From: Nemertoderma westbladi
Lineage: Eukaryota > Animalia > Xenacoelomorpha
Direction: 5' to 3'
Assembly (NCBI GenBank): GCA_032718475.1
Contig: JAUCBJ010007147.1
Coordinates: 44,083 to 108,082, forward strand
DNA length: 64,000 bases
The position numbers and the translations under genes are program-made. The notes beneath the pieces are model-generated. The model worked only from the letters and a program-made list of their open reading frames with translations. It was not told where the DNA came from and searched no databases. Below are positions 11,647 to 24,999 of the stretch, in pieces. Numbering within the stretch: the stretch's first letter is position 1; each line of letters starts with the position of its first letter.

Positions 11647-12219
11647 TGTTAGCGAATTCAATTCCGCTAACCACCCCATAAAGTTGGGAAAGCGGCGCCT
11701 TTAAGCAATATTGGGGAGTACGAGGTTGATTGCCAATCAACCTCGTATCACCCCCAATAAATGGGGACGACAAACCCCAAAGGGCCGCACACAATGGAGG
11801 TCAGAGGTTAAGCCTCCAGGGAGAAGGAAAGTAACAGCAGCGGGGGGGAAACACATCCCGCAGAGGTGAAGGCGAGAAGTAGGTTATCAACCAATGGGGG
11901 GACAGGAGAGGCATCATCTGAGTAGTAAGGCCAACACAGTGCAATATATTACCAGTTGGTGTTATATATTACAGTTTAGTTTACTCAGTTCAGTTAGGGC
12001 AGAACGGTAACTTTTATTACCGTCGCCGCCACCATCACCAATTATATTACCGGTATTTACATTATACATCCATTAACTGTGCTTTGTGCTTCACTCTACT
12101 ATATTCTATACATATCTGTTAATAACATCAGAACTCTTTCAATTTAACAACGAAGTCTTTCACACATGGCGGGGACGCGTAAATAAAATAACCGGTCGGG
12201 ATTCTCGGATCCCGTCACA
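11647..12219 (+). repeat. 3' LTR of BEL copy 2
   Basis: PPT then TGTTAGCG...GGATCCCGTCACA. Confidence 0.85.
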
Positions 12220-13051
12220 CACAATTAGTTCAAACAAACTACATTTTTTACAAAACTATGTAAAATGAAATCATTTAGACAAAAAAAAATTTTAAATATG
12301 ACTTTTTCCAGTAGTTCAATAACTTCGCAAATTCGCACGAAATTCCGTAACGATCTGGTTTGTAATTCCATAACGACGGGACACCAATAAAGCTGTAACA
12401 CCAAATTGATTGCTAAATCTGCTTAAAAAGGGGGGGGGGGGGGGGGGGGGGTTCACCCCTTGTCTATTTTTCATCAGAATTTTTATAATGTGTTTTCCGA
12501 TGTAAATTTTTGTGGTGATTCCAAATCTGAAATCAGATTTTCGATAACTTGTTTTGTTTTCGAGTTATGGCAACTTTTGTTAATTTCATCTAAAATTTGA
12601 AAATTTTTAATTTTGATGCAGCACCACATTTGACACCAAAAATGACCAATAAACACCCAGAAATATCGAAATATTTTGCCATTTTCGGACGGAATCAGCG
12701 CCGAAAATTAGCCTATAGGTATGAAAACCGCAAAAGAAGATCATTTTTGAAAAATTTTAAAAAAATTTCACTTTTGGTGCATATTTGGTCAGTTGTAATC
12801 AGGAGGAAATATCAGATTCGGTTTAACATATTTTTTCCTACTAGTTCTGTAATTTTTAACCGATTTTAATTCTGTTTGCGTTTTTTCGAAGCTCCTGGTG
12901 TTGCCAACAAACGATACTACCAGATTGATTTTTTTTTTCATTATATCAAAAGTTTCTGCATTTAGTCGAGTAGACGCTTGGTACATGTTACTGACGAACC
13001 GTTCTCCAGCGTATGACTGCAATTTTATTTGCTCATGATGTTGATCCACAT

Positions 13052-13886
13052 GGTACTAGTGTGTTATAGGTACACCCCCCCCCCCTCAATTTTTTTTACT
13101 AGCTACAGTAGTTTTTGCAATTTCTTATTATGAAATGTTCTAGAACATGAGATACATTTGAAAAAATAATAAAATGTTCTAGAACAAATATTTTTTGTTT
13201 TAAAACAAAATTTAAAAAAGCTTACAAATTTTACTTTTTGTTAGTTATGTTTTATTTGATGGAAAAGAAATTGAATTTTCTAGAATTTTCGAAATTCTTC
13301 AGCTAAGATTTGACTTTCGCCCAACAACTAGCTGAGTTTCGTTGGAAGCTTCTACACAAATAAAACCTATTTTCTGCTCTGTTGGATTTCATCAGAAAAT
13401 ATTACCCGCTGTCTGCAAAATAATAAATATTATACAGTATACGTATTCTAAGCATATCATTAATTTCTGAATATAATGACATCAATACAATGTATTTTTT
13501 TTATTTTAATTAGCTATTAAACCCCTATTACCACCCCCCCCCCAAACCCATCTTGCCAGCAACGATTAAAAATTATATGAAACAAATTCTAAACAAAATT
13601 AAAAAAAAAATTTATATTTTTGAACTGTTCTAGAACAAAAACTATTTGTTCTAGAACTTTTTTTTTCTAGTTCTGAATAGCTAACATGTTCTAGAACATT
13701 ATTAAAAAATAAAAATAGAACATTAATTTTTTTTAAATAATTCTAGAACAAAAAATAGTTTTTCTAGAACATATATATATATTTTTTAATAGCTAACATG
13801 TTCTAGAACATGTTCATAAAAAGAAATAGCAAAAACTAGGTAGTAAAAAAAATTTGAGGGGGGTGTACCTATAACAGACTAGTGCC
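13052..13886. mobile_element. MITE / non-autonomous DNA transposon with ~70-bp imperfect TIRs and internal TGTTCTAGAACA palindromes
   Basis: Left GGTACTAGTGTGTTATAGGTACACCCC..CTCAATTTT is inverted to right AAATTTGAGGGGGGTGTACCTATAACAGACTAGTGCC; AT flanks both ends. Confidence 0.8.
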
Positions 13887-14689
13887 ATACACATTATAAC
13901 AATACATTTTCGCTATAAAGACTTTGGGAAAGGTTGAACAATTTTTTTTATTGCCGTTTGTTTGGAGGGTAAAATCATAAACAAATTACCGAAATATGTT
14001 AAGCTATGTATATAGAGAATGTGTTAGCAACAACATTAAACATTCTAGAATATTCTGTTTAATGTGTGGCCATAAAGAGAGTTGGAGGAGACGAGTGCTT
14101 TGGCTAACATAACTAAATAAATTGTGATTAATAGTGACATTTCGTTTTGAGAAAGATTGCCTTATCTGGATGTACTGCTTTATATTGATCCAAAAAATCC
14201 AAAACTTGGAAACCCAAGATGCAGCGATAGCAATATGAGAAAGGACTTCTTTTGTCCTTTGGGAAACAAGATTGCCGCGATACGAAGAATTAGATGGAAA
14301 TGTGAAGATTCCTTTGGATTTGGTAGATAGATGGTGAGCTTGAAGACCTAACTATTTTGGGAACCCGATTCTATCGAAGTTGCTGCGTCAATTTTAAAGG
14401 TAAATATACGCCGCCATTTAAATATGTAGAAAATCTCCCTATTTAAGAAGATTTGTATTTTCGCTTTACAATAATTATTGTTTGAAAAGAATTTAAAAAC
14501 GTCTCCATCCAATCTAATCTAGCCACGGCCCTATCAAGCATTATTGATCATTTTATGATACTCTTTATGTAGCCCAATGCAGTAGGTAACGGTTCCGTGT
14601 GCCACTACACTTTTTAATCATAAATAATTGTTACTATGGCAACCATGGAGAGTTCTAAAATTCTAGAGTGCTAAACCGGAGTGCTAAAC

Positions 14690-15968
14690 AGACCATTATT
14701 GAATGTTTGCAAGCGGATGTTAAAAGGGGAAAAGCCACCACCAATTTGGTCTAAAGGTCAACTAAAGACTCCCCAAGAAAGGAGACCTCGGCATACCAAC
14801 AAACTATCGTGGGATCTGTCTGCTTGTGGTAGCTGCCACAATATACAATAAAATGATTCCATATAGGATTAGGCCTCACATAGAGAAACTACTGCGTAAG
14901 AGCCAAAACGGATTTCGACCAAGTAGATCAACAATAGCTCAGATACTTGCACTACGGAGACTGATTGAAGGATTTAAGTCAAAGAATCTCCCCGCAGTCA
15001 TGACTTGTGGACTTCAAGAAGGCATTCGACTCCATCCATAGAGGTAAAATGCTTGAAATCCTAAGAGCTTATGGAATACCAGAAGTAATTGTTGCTGGCA
15101 TTTGGATTGTTATATTGTGACACAGAAGCGCAGGTACTCTCACCAGATGGTGAAACTGAGTTTTTCTCAATCCTTGCTGGGGTACTGCAAGGTGACAAAT
15201 TAGCACCATTACTATTTGTAATTGTGCTGGATTACGCAATGAGGACGGCCACAAAGGGTGAAGATCTGGGATTCACACTTCAAGAACGCAGAAGTAGTAG
15301 ATATCCGGCAACTACAGTCACATACACCGACTTTGCGGATGATATCGCCCTGCTCTCTAATACCCTAGCCGATGCACAGCTTCTACTAAATAAAGTGGAG
15401 AGGGCTGCTAAGGAGGTTGGATTGCATATAAATGCTACAAAGACCGAATTCATGACCTTTAATGTTGATGGAAACTTGACAACCATTGATAATAATCAAC
15501 TAAGGAAGGTCGATGACTTCCAGTACCTTGGATCATGGATAGAGGGTAGCAAAAATGACATAGAAGTTAGGAACGCAAAGGCTTGGGAAGCTCTATCAAA
15601 AATGGATACCATCTGGAAATCAGATCTCTCCAGACACCTGAAGACTAAGTTCTTTCGAGCCACAGTGGAAAGTGTATTTTTATACTGGGGTGAGACCTGG
15701 ACACTGACTAAATCACTTGAACAACGAATTGATGGTTGCTACACAAGACTACTAAGGGCAGCCCTAAACATCAGCTGGAGACAACACTTGACAAACGCCG
15801 AGCTTTATGGTACAATACCACCTGTATCAACCACCCTCCGTGAACGCAGATTAAGATTCCGTGGGCACTGCTGGCGAAGTAAAGACGAGGTCATACCAGA
15901 TCTACTTCTCTGGCAACCAACTCATGTAAAGCGTAGTCGTGGACGACCGGCCATAACATATATAGATT
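14690..15968 (+). pseudogene. RTE-clade LINE family A, reverse transcriptase fragment (frameshifted), interrupted by an L2 insertion
   Basis: PKKGDL..NYRGI, QNGFRPSRST, GVLQGD, DFADD, FQYLGS; near-identical to 58456-59551. Confidence 0.9.
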
Positions 15969-18900
15969 GGAGGTTAGGATTTTAACTGAACGGACCACAC
16001 TATACTACTCTGTACCGGTACAATTTGTGCTACTGACATAGGCCTATATGAGTGGTGATTTCAGTATTCTGTAAATTCTACAATTATCTAAGTTTAAACT
16101 CGCTACGATAACTCCATTAATTCTGTTCCTATCATGGTAGTAATACGTCGTGACTTGGTTTTCTCCATACCAGTAGTCGCGGCGTTGCTCCTACTGGTCA
16201 ATGCACTCATATTTCCAGTGTCTGAAGTAATGGCGGAGAAACAAACTCAACGACGGCGGGGATGTGCTGATAAGGAATATTCCCTAAGATGCATGTATCA
16301 GAATGTGCGCTCGCTGAATGAGAATAAAGTGTATGCTGTCAAAGAGGACATAATAGCTACAACGCTAGACTTAGTATTCATAGTCGAGCTATGGAACAAC
16401 GTTGAGTTCTTGAATCTCGCCACTCCGGAGGATTACTATAATCGGCATTTGACGAGGAAAGACCGTACTGGAGGAGGGGTGGCCGTTATAGCGCACAACT
16501 CGGTGAAACTGCGAAAAATACCCATCCCGGCTAATGAACAGTTTGAATCCTTGCTTCTAGCAACCGACAAAGAGCTTGTTCATGGGCGTTCATCGCCTCC
16601 CAAATAGTAAAAGGTATCCAACTTCAATTGTCGAGTATAAGAAAATTATTGATAGTACATTGGAAGACATGTCGTTAAAGTTCGACACAATTACTATTTT
16701 TGGCGATGCGAATTTATGGTTAGAATCTGACAAGTCGTTCCAATATCTATTGGAGACACACGGTTTCGATTTCAAGAAGACGGGTCCAACGCATAAGGAC
16801 GGTCATACTCTAGATTTTGTAGCTAGCCTGGGCTATAAAATCGCTGATGTTGATCTGGATCCTATAGATGAAGTGTTTAGTGATCATGCCAGTATGCGAT
16901 GGATATCGAATCTGTCCAGAAATGTCTCTAAATCTTATGAGGTACAGATAAGTTTTCGAGCCTGGAAAAACTTTGATAAGGATAAATTTATAACGGAGCT
17001 GAAAGTTAATGGATTGGATAAGAGTAGTGGAGATTTAACATGCAAAGGGTTTGAGGCGTGTGTAAAGAACCTGAGGAATTTGTTTGAACGACATGTTCCC
17101 ATGAAAGAGAAGATTGTAAAGATCAACACTAAACACTCGAAAATCAGGGAGGAAGATAGGGAGGGGATCCAGACTAAACGGAAGGAGAAGAGACGGTGTG
17201 AACTTGCGTTTCACAAAAACGGACTGAGCAGAACAAAGTTAATTTAAATATAGCAAAGTCGGACCTAGCGAAATTGCTTCGCGATTCTACAAGGGCGTTT
17301 TACTGCGATTATATTAATACCAATTCGACTAACTCAAAACTTCTGTGGAAACAGTTCAAAAGGTTATTGGGAAAGGGAGGAAACCTTGTTTTACCGACTA
17401 AGCATGGCAATAGTGCTGAGTTGGCAACAAAGTTCTCACATTTTTTCACTGAAAAAATTAACACTATTATGTTGACATTCAATACGAGCAGTCGATGTAA
17501 TAATCTCCCGAAATTGTATAAAACAGACTTTTGTGAATTTCAGCCTTTTCAAGAGGAGGACTTAGCTCAACTCATAAGGAAGATGTCAAATGCAACCTGC
17601 GAACTGGACTGTATGCCAACGCCTTTATTTAAATCAGTAATTCCCGTTGTTATTCAGCCCTTAACGATGTATATAAACATGGTTTTAGCAGATGCGGAAT
17701 TCCCAGCCTTTCTTAAACTGTCTATCGTAAGACCTCTCTTAAAGAAACCGGAGTTGGATGCTGAGATATTAAAAAATTATCGACCAGTGTCAAACCTTAG
17801 TTTCTTATCTAAGGTAGTTGAGAAAGTGATACTTGATAGAGCTACACCACAGCTAGCTTTTCACCAGACACAGTCTGGTTACAGACGGCACCATTCCACT
17901 GAAACTGCTAATCTATTTCTTCTAAATAAATTTCTTAAGGGAATAGAAAATCAACAAGTTACTTTGTGCTCCTATATTGATTTGAGTACGGCGTTCGACA
18001 CTGTCCATCACAAAAACCTTATATTTAAGCTCAGTAAAGAATTTGGGTTCACTGGTGCTGCACTTAATCTCTTTGAGTCCTATTTAGCTGACAGACATCA
18101 ATGCGTGAAAATTGATGAGAGTACATCTGATAAAACATTGCTTCAAACCGGCGTGCCTCAGGGAAGTATCCTTGGGCCAGCACTTTATAATGCATATATG
18201 ACTGACCTGTTCTGGCGTGTGGATGCATTAGGAGTGAAAGGTGCTAACTATGCTGATGACACACAATTCTTTGTGACTGGATATGCTGAAGATATAGAGA
18301 CCCTGAAGACTCGTATCACTGCTGTGCTACATATTGTTGCTGCTTGGATGGACGTTAATCACCTACAAATTAACCCAGATAAAACTGAACTGATTGTATA
18401 TGGCACGAAACAACAAAGAATGAAGATACCTCTGAATGCTAGAACAATTGTATACAGAAACGTTAAGATAGATTTCTCTGATAAGGTTAAATCTCTCGGA
18501 GTTGTGTTTGATAGTGAATTGAAATTTAAAGATCAGATAGTAGCAACAGCAGCGAAATCGAAATATTATATCCGGTCTTTGTATAAAATTCGGCCTTACC
18601 TTACAACTTCAGCTCTAGAAACCCTAGTCCACGCATTCATAACCAGCAGAATCGACTATTCAAACGCTGTCCTTAAAACATCCGCTAAATCAGTAGTTAA
18701 ACGTCTACAAATGATACAAAACAGCGCTGCAAGATTGGTTACTCATTCTCCACGATATCGTGTTATCAATGGACAATACAAGTACACCTCGGCAGCGGCA
18801 ATGCTGAAATCCCTTCACTGGCTGCCCATTGAATCACGGATTAATTATAAGCTTGCTTGTATCACATTTAAATGTCTGTCTGGGACTGCCCCGACTTATT

Positions 18901-19225
18901 TGCGCAATGAAATATCTATCCTTGAGGATACCCGTAAGTTGCGATCCAGCAATCTCTCAAAGCTTTCTGTCCCACTTGTGAAAAACACCCTAGCATCGAA
19001 GAGCTTCTACTCGTTTGCCCCTCGTTTGTGGAATAAACTACCGCCATCGACCCGATCAACTGAATCCATGATGACCTATGACTCATTTAGGCGCGAACTG
19101 AAAACCCTTTTGTTTACCGGTAATTGTAAATTAGATTAGTGTGGCAGCTGCAGGCGCCCTGATAAGAGTGTAAATACTCCCTAAGGGCGCCTGCAACACC
19201 AAATACAAATATCATTTATTATTAT
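15969..19225 (+). mobile_element. L2-clade LINE with APE-RT ORF, 3' stem-loop and (ATT)n tail; TSD TATAGATT
   Basis: TATAGATT at 15961-15968 and 19226-19233; the host RTE frame resumes after the insertion. Confidence 0.9.
16134..19139 (+). pseudogene. L2-like ORF2 (APE endonuclease + RT) with two frameshifts (~16580, ~17250)
   Basis: YQNVRSL, GGGVA, GDAN, PTHKDGHTLD, SDH; NYRPVSNL, GVPQGSILGP, YADD, LHWLPIESRINYK. Confidence 0.9.
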
Positions 19226-19233
19226 TATAGATT

Positions 19234-19335
19234 AACTTGAAAGGGATACTGAACTTGGGAGAAACGAAATTGTGACAACTATGGAGAATCGGGAAGCCTG
19301 GAAGGATCTCATATCCACTGTCCGAGTTCGCCTAC

Positions 19336-19367
<32 letters not shown>

Positions 19368-19368
19368 A
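19234..19368 (+). mobile_element. 3' end of RTE family A with (TAG)n tail
   Basis: Continues the frame (LERDTELG..MENREAWK) and ends in about 10 TAG repeats. Confidence 0.8.
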
Positions 19369-19391
19369 ACACCATACAAATGTTATTTAAC

Positions 19392-19950
19392 TGTGATGGG
19401 ATCCGAGAATCCTGATTTATCCGGTGTCCAATCTACGCGTCCCCGCCGTGTGTGTGTGAAAAGAGTTCTGGATTGTTGATTGATCGGTGTATATAAGTAT
19501 AGGGGTATATTATAATCGGATAAGATATGGCACAGTTAAAGTGAATGATAATATAGTGTACCGGTAAAATGGCTGAATAATGGATAACTGGTGGCAGTAG
19601 ATGGAGACGGTGATTAGAGTTCCGGTACTGCCCTAACTAATGGAATGACACAACAACTGGTAATATATTGCACTGGTTGGCCGTATTACATTACTCAGTG
19701 GATGCCTTCCCCCCCATTGGCTAATAACTCACTTCTCGCCTCCCATCTCCCTGGGAGTGTTCCCCCCCCCCCGCTGCTGTTATTCTCTCTCTCGGAGGTG
19801 TAACCTCTGACCCCTTTTGTGTGTTCCCTTGGGGCCTGTTGTCCCCGTTTATTGGGGTGACACGAGGTTGACTGGTTATCAACCTCGTGCTCCCAATATT
19901 GCTTAAAGCTAACTTTGTGGGGCTGGCTAGCGGAATTGAATACGCTAACA
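19392..19950 (-). repeat. 3' LTR of BEL copy 3
   Basis: Minus strand TGTTAGCG...GGATCCCATCACA. Confidence 0.85.
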
Positions 19951-20618
19951 CTCCCCCCCATGCTATCTTCCCGGTGAGAAGATAGCATCCACCTCTAGTG
20001 CACTAGAATTCCGCTGCATCCCGATCTACTATCGGGTGTGGGGTGGAATTATTTTCTCTGGAGCCGGCTTTCCAGGCTGCTCCCTATGGGTATGATATCG
20101 CTACCCTGCTTTCCTGTTGTCCCGTGTCGGGCCGATCGCGCGCTCCTCTCACACGACTTTTGTTTCCCCAACACTTTCACCACTAACTCCACTCCACTTT
20201 TACCCTAACTCTTCCATACTCTCGGACCTCCTCGTCCCTCACTCTGCCTCTTACTTCCACCCCCCCCCCACACTTGAATTGCACCAGCACTCTCTCCACA
20301 CTGTTACTCAACCCCTATCTTGCCCACTCACTCCTGATGAGTCTCACCCCCCTCCTGTGCTGTCGCACTCAAGAAGTGTGAAGTCGTCCAGCGTCATGTT
20401 TGTCATAGTCAATTGTTCCCCAGTCCCAGTAGCTAATTGGAAAAAGGTTGTATGACTATAGTACTTACTTTGCTTGTATTCGTTTACTAAACTAATGATT
20501 GCTACGTAGGTACGTCGTACATACTAATTGCACTTTTTAATCATTTAAATTACTTGAATTTGTACTTAAGAGTTTGCACGTCTCACGTGGTGCCTTCCAG
20601 GCATGCCACATCAAAGTC

Positions 20619-22911
20619 TTAATTCGTCCCACCTCGCTTTGGGAACCACCTTAACTCTTTCCCTCTGTCATCCTCCTCCCTGGGTCGTTTCCTGGCCGCT
20701 GCCGCTCCTTTGGTCTTATCTCCCTTCAGGCTTCTGACCCTCGCTGTCACCTCTCTACTAATCCCGGTCGTCGGCTCCTTGGGCGCTGGTGTTATTAGCT
20801 CCCGGTATCGCTTCGCGGGTGGCCCCTCCGAGTGGCCCTGTTGTCTCCCCCTCATGGCGTCTCATAGGATCACTTTCATCGCCCGCGGCACATGCTCCGC
20901 CAAGAAATCTCTGAACTCCCCCCTATTCTGTGGTTTCCACCTGTCCAAATACCTCTGCGTATTTATCACCCCGGCATACGACGCCGCCGTTGCTACCTCC
21001 TGGTAGGTAAACGGAAGTCTACATTTGATAATCTCCAAGTGGGCTTCCTGGTTGATATTAAAGAAGCCCCACCAGAACTCCTGGGCCTTCATACGTTGCT
21101 GAGTCATGGCCCCAACATCGGCCCACTCCTCAAAGACCCTAAACTTCTCCTCATCATCCATCCAGTCGCACTGGCGTCCGTAGTGTCCCTGGAAGTTGCA
21201 CTTCGAACACCGGTTGTGCAACCATGGACACGCCCCCATCCTGTGGCTCGACTCGCGGCAGTAGAGACAAATAGTCCCTTTCTGGAACCGGTACAAACAG
21301 CTCCTTTCCTGGTGGGTTTGCCTCCCACAGTAGTCGCAGCCGAGCACCAATGTCTCCCGCCCCACGTCGTCTTTCGTCCCAAGCGATCTCCGCGGTCTGT
21401 GGAGTCGCTGGTAAGCGAACTTTTGGACATTAGTGTCCCTATCCATGTCTATCTCCTCGCCCCTCCCGGGCATCGCCTCCCCAAACACCACCCGCGGTGC
21501 CGTTCCCGGCTGCTCGCCCAGCCTGATGGCGCTCCCCGCGAAATCCATCGCCAGCTCCTCATGCACCCAGGCCCGCTGCTTGCCGGGTCTATCCCAGAAG
21601 GCCCTCGCCCCACTGGCCGCTGGTATGGGTGTCATCTGCAATCCCGATGTCGACTGTTTCGGTGATCCCACCATCCACCCTAATTCTCGCCCTAGAGACT
21701 CCCCCGAACTCCCTGACGACGTCCAACGAAGTTCGTCTAAGGCCGCCTGCTCCTCGAAGCCATAGCTCTGCGCCCTAGCTTCCTCCTCCCTTTCTTCTGC
21801 TTCCCTCCTCTCCTGTCTAGCGATTTCTTCACTTCTCGTCTATCCGCCTCTAGCTGCTCCCATCTCTGATACGGCGTATCTACCTCCCCGTCTACCAGAT
21901 GTCGGCAGTTATAGTACACCGACTCGCCCTTCAGCCCCGGGTGGTCTACCAGACCCTCGAAAGCCATCTTGAAGGCTCTTCTGCAGCTTAGGGGTGATCC
22001 CGATAATAGGAATGCCATTGGTTCTTTCTCAATGACGACTATCATGAATAGGTTAAGCAAACCCATCATTATCCAGTCCTCCTGCAGGATATATCGCTTC
22101 TGATATACCTTTATCGCTCCTCTCCGGAATTGATACACCTCTTGTTTTCCTGGTCTCGCTCCCCACTTCAGCGAGTTCGCTAAGTCCGCTCCGTACTCCT
22201 CTCTGAACATGCCCCAGTCCATCGGTTTGTGACACACGAGCCCCATTAGCTGGCCCATCACCACCGCCCCACAATGGCCGGTGTTCTCCACTAACCCCAA
22301 CCCATCTGGTGCTGTCATAGCCATGTAGACCGTCTGCGTATCCAGAAGGTTGGAAGCATCGTCGCGAATCGCCGATCCCACTTTCGTCGTCGACTTCTCT
22401 CTCACTAGGGTTTGCACCACCTTCGGCAACTGTTTCAACTTCGGCCCGTCCTTCTTTCCATACGTCCCCAGATCGAATAGGAATATATCCCCATTTGGCG
22501 CGGCCAAATGCAGGAGTATGGTTCTGGCCGACGCCGCGGATCCTCTCCTCGAACCCTCCTCGTCTTCCACGGTTCCCTCATCGTCTAGGACCATGTATCC
22601 TCCCCTGCTGACGGACTCTACGAACCTCTTCCAATCCTTCCTCGGTGGATCCCTTGCGTACTTCGGAATCCCAAACTTCGCTTCATCTCCTTTCACCACG
22701 TAGTGGAAATGCTCGAAGATCGCGTTGTCCAGCGACGGCGTCCCGTAGGCACCTCCCTGAAATGGTCTTGTAGCACTCGCGCTCCGTGACCTCTCTCCAA
22801 CCACTCGTAGTATCCCCTCGTCTTCTCTTCCGGATGCCTCTCGGTGAAATCCACCAGTATCTCCTTTCCTCCTAACTCCGCCTTTCTCTTCCTGATCAGT
22901 TTCCCCGCCAT
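20619..22911 (-). pseudogene. Exonuclease/zinc-knuckle ORF copy 3 (frameshifts, deletions, TGG>TGA at 20862-20864)
   Basis: ORFs 22693-23007, 21737-22804, 20862-21674 and 20619-20855 tile the protein of 5694-8243. Confidence 0.9.
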
Positions 22912-23252
22912 TCCGAACTCTCTCACTCGCTCACCTGTAAGGTGGTGCCTTGCCAAGGCGCAGTACAGATGAGTGATAAGGTTAAGATGGTCTGTACAGT
23001 TCGACAATGGCTTATTTCTTACTTAACCTCGAGTTATAGCCTAATTTTCCCTACTTAATTTCCAAAACCGCTAAATTGTACCCTAAATTGTAATTTTGTC
23101 CATTACTTTAATTATGTTCCAGAATTTTCCTCCTACTGTTACCATAATTTGTTTAATTTCTATTTCTATTTTATTTTAATATTTAATCTAACCCTATTAC
23201 TGTGCTACTACTTCTGCCAGTGGATTATCCTACTTTATAATCCGCATTCTGG

Positions 23253-23645
23253 TCCGATCAGAGACTTGCTGAGGACTTTCAAAGTTAACTGTCAAAATTT
23301 TGGTCTTTCTGGAGTTAATAAAAATACCAACACTAGAAGCAGCATGTTCTAATGAGCTGAGCAGCCGTTGGGCTCCCTCTAATGATTCTGAGAGTACTCC
23401 TAAGTCATCAGCAAAGTCTAGATCAGTTAGGTACTTGGCAGGATTTCCTCGACTTCTGGAGCCAGTAGGTGGAGTTATCATCACCCCATCAACATTATGA
23501 TGATCTAAGGACATGCGTAGAACATAGTCAACCACAATAATGAACAAGAATGGTGCAAGTGTGTCTCCTTGGAGGACGCCCCATAACACTTCAAATGGTT
23601 CTGTTTCACCGTCGACAGTAGACACAAATGTTGTCGAACCATCGA
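23253..23645 (-). pseudogene. Internal RT fragment of RTE family B
   Basis: GVLQGDTLAPFLF, LDFADD; near-identical to ~57413-57803. Confidence 0.9.
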
Positions 23646-24999
23646 AACATTTCAGTATACAGTCTAACACAGTAAATTGAATTTAACGAAGTGGAAGGTC
23701 AAAACTACAGTACTTAGATTACATAATTTGTAAAAGCTTCTGTGGGATATAACTGGCCCTTTTGCTTTGCAATCCAGTTTCCCCCCAGGCGCTGGAATAC
23801 TCTAAAAAGCTCTCTAACTCGAATGATGCAAAGCGACCGGCTGATTGGCTGATTTGTTATACGAGAGGCTCTTTACTATGTTCTATCGGCCAACCAGAGC
23901 TATAGCAGCAGAGTATGCAACCAGGACAACCGAGCGGAGTGACTCATTTTGTGTGTTGGCCAAGGGTTGCAAAATTCCTGATAGTTCGGCATTTAGATAT
24001 TCGTGGAACTTGTGGAATCTGGTGTTCTGCCAATGAGAGCTATTCCTCTCTGTGTAAAAGATACCTGCAACGGTGTTAGGGACAGTAGCAGTTTTTTCTT
24101 GATACTGTTTTGTTGTTTCTATCTAGGCCAGGAACACCGGCTCTAGAGTCAATTCGTTTCAGACTTTAGAAGAAACATTAGTAGGCTTAAATTATAGAGC
24201 GTATAACTGTTATCAATTCATAACAATCAACTTATCTCAATTCAGTCTTACATTATCGGTTCAACATACATTATTATACTGCTGTTTACTGTTGTGTTTT
24301 GGTTGAATATTATTTGGAGAACATCTATAAAGAACCCAAATTTCCCAATTTTCTTGATACACTACAGGTTAGAGAGACGGGTTATATATAGCGATTGCGA
24401 CTTATATTATTGTGGTTTGTAGTGAATTTAATGCTATTTGATAAGCACTACATGAGTCCGTTGCTGTTCTCTTTATATATGATAAAATTCATTGACGGTC
24501 GGCAAATTAGTGAGCAGTATTGTGTGTTACCGGTAGTGTGCATGATTGTGACTGATAACTAAGCATTTCCTAAAGAATGCGCCTCATACGTGAATCATAA
24601 GCCTTACCGACTTGCCGTTGTGATTAGTATAAGTCATATCTCTGTTTACCTAGATAGAGCGCCACGTCCTAAAGGAACTGTTAATATTTCCCGAAAGTGA
24701 ATAATATTAGTCAGAAATTATTTATTAACGATCAATCGAATAATACAGTAAGCTTACACTGCAATAATAATCTAAGCCCTCAGAATCCAGTCTCCCGGGT
24801 ATATCCAGCGGGTGAATGGACGCGCACTAGGCTGGCTTCTGCTAATGTTGTGTTTATTGGTATTAAATATTTGTCAACTTCTAAAGTCTATTTATAAACC
24901 AAAAGACATATAAATTTTGGCAGGTTAAACTGCTAAAGGTCTTCAAAAGCGCGTACATAATTTAAATGATTAAGTTTTATCGATAATTAATTACAGTTG

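Larger units (their letters stand above)
9498..12219 (+). mobile_element. 3' half of a second copy of the same BEL family; abuts the copy 1 LTR (probably the insertion target of copy 1)
   Basis: Sequence resumes mid-ORF (GACGGGGAGGTGGATACG, equivalent to ~6759) right after the LTR end; has its own PPT and LTR. Confidence 0.85.
19392..23252 (-). mobile_element. Third copy of the BEL exonuclease-ORF module with 3' LTR; 5'-truncated within the spacer
   Basis: Reverse-complement homology to ~5365-9497; LTR 19392-19950, PPT 19951-19959. Confidence 0.9.

Noticed and set aside
12430-12451. Long G runs (also ~39361 and ~60136) as G-quadruplex elements
   Set aside because: Homopolymers of variable length inside TE copies, prone to slippage and sequencing error.
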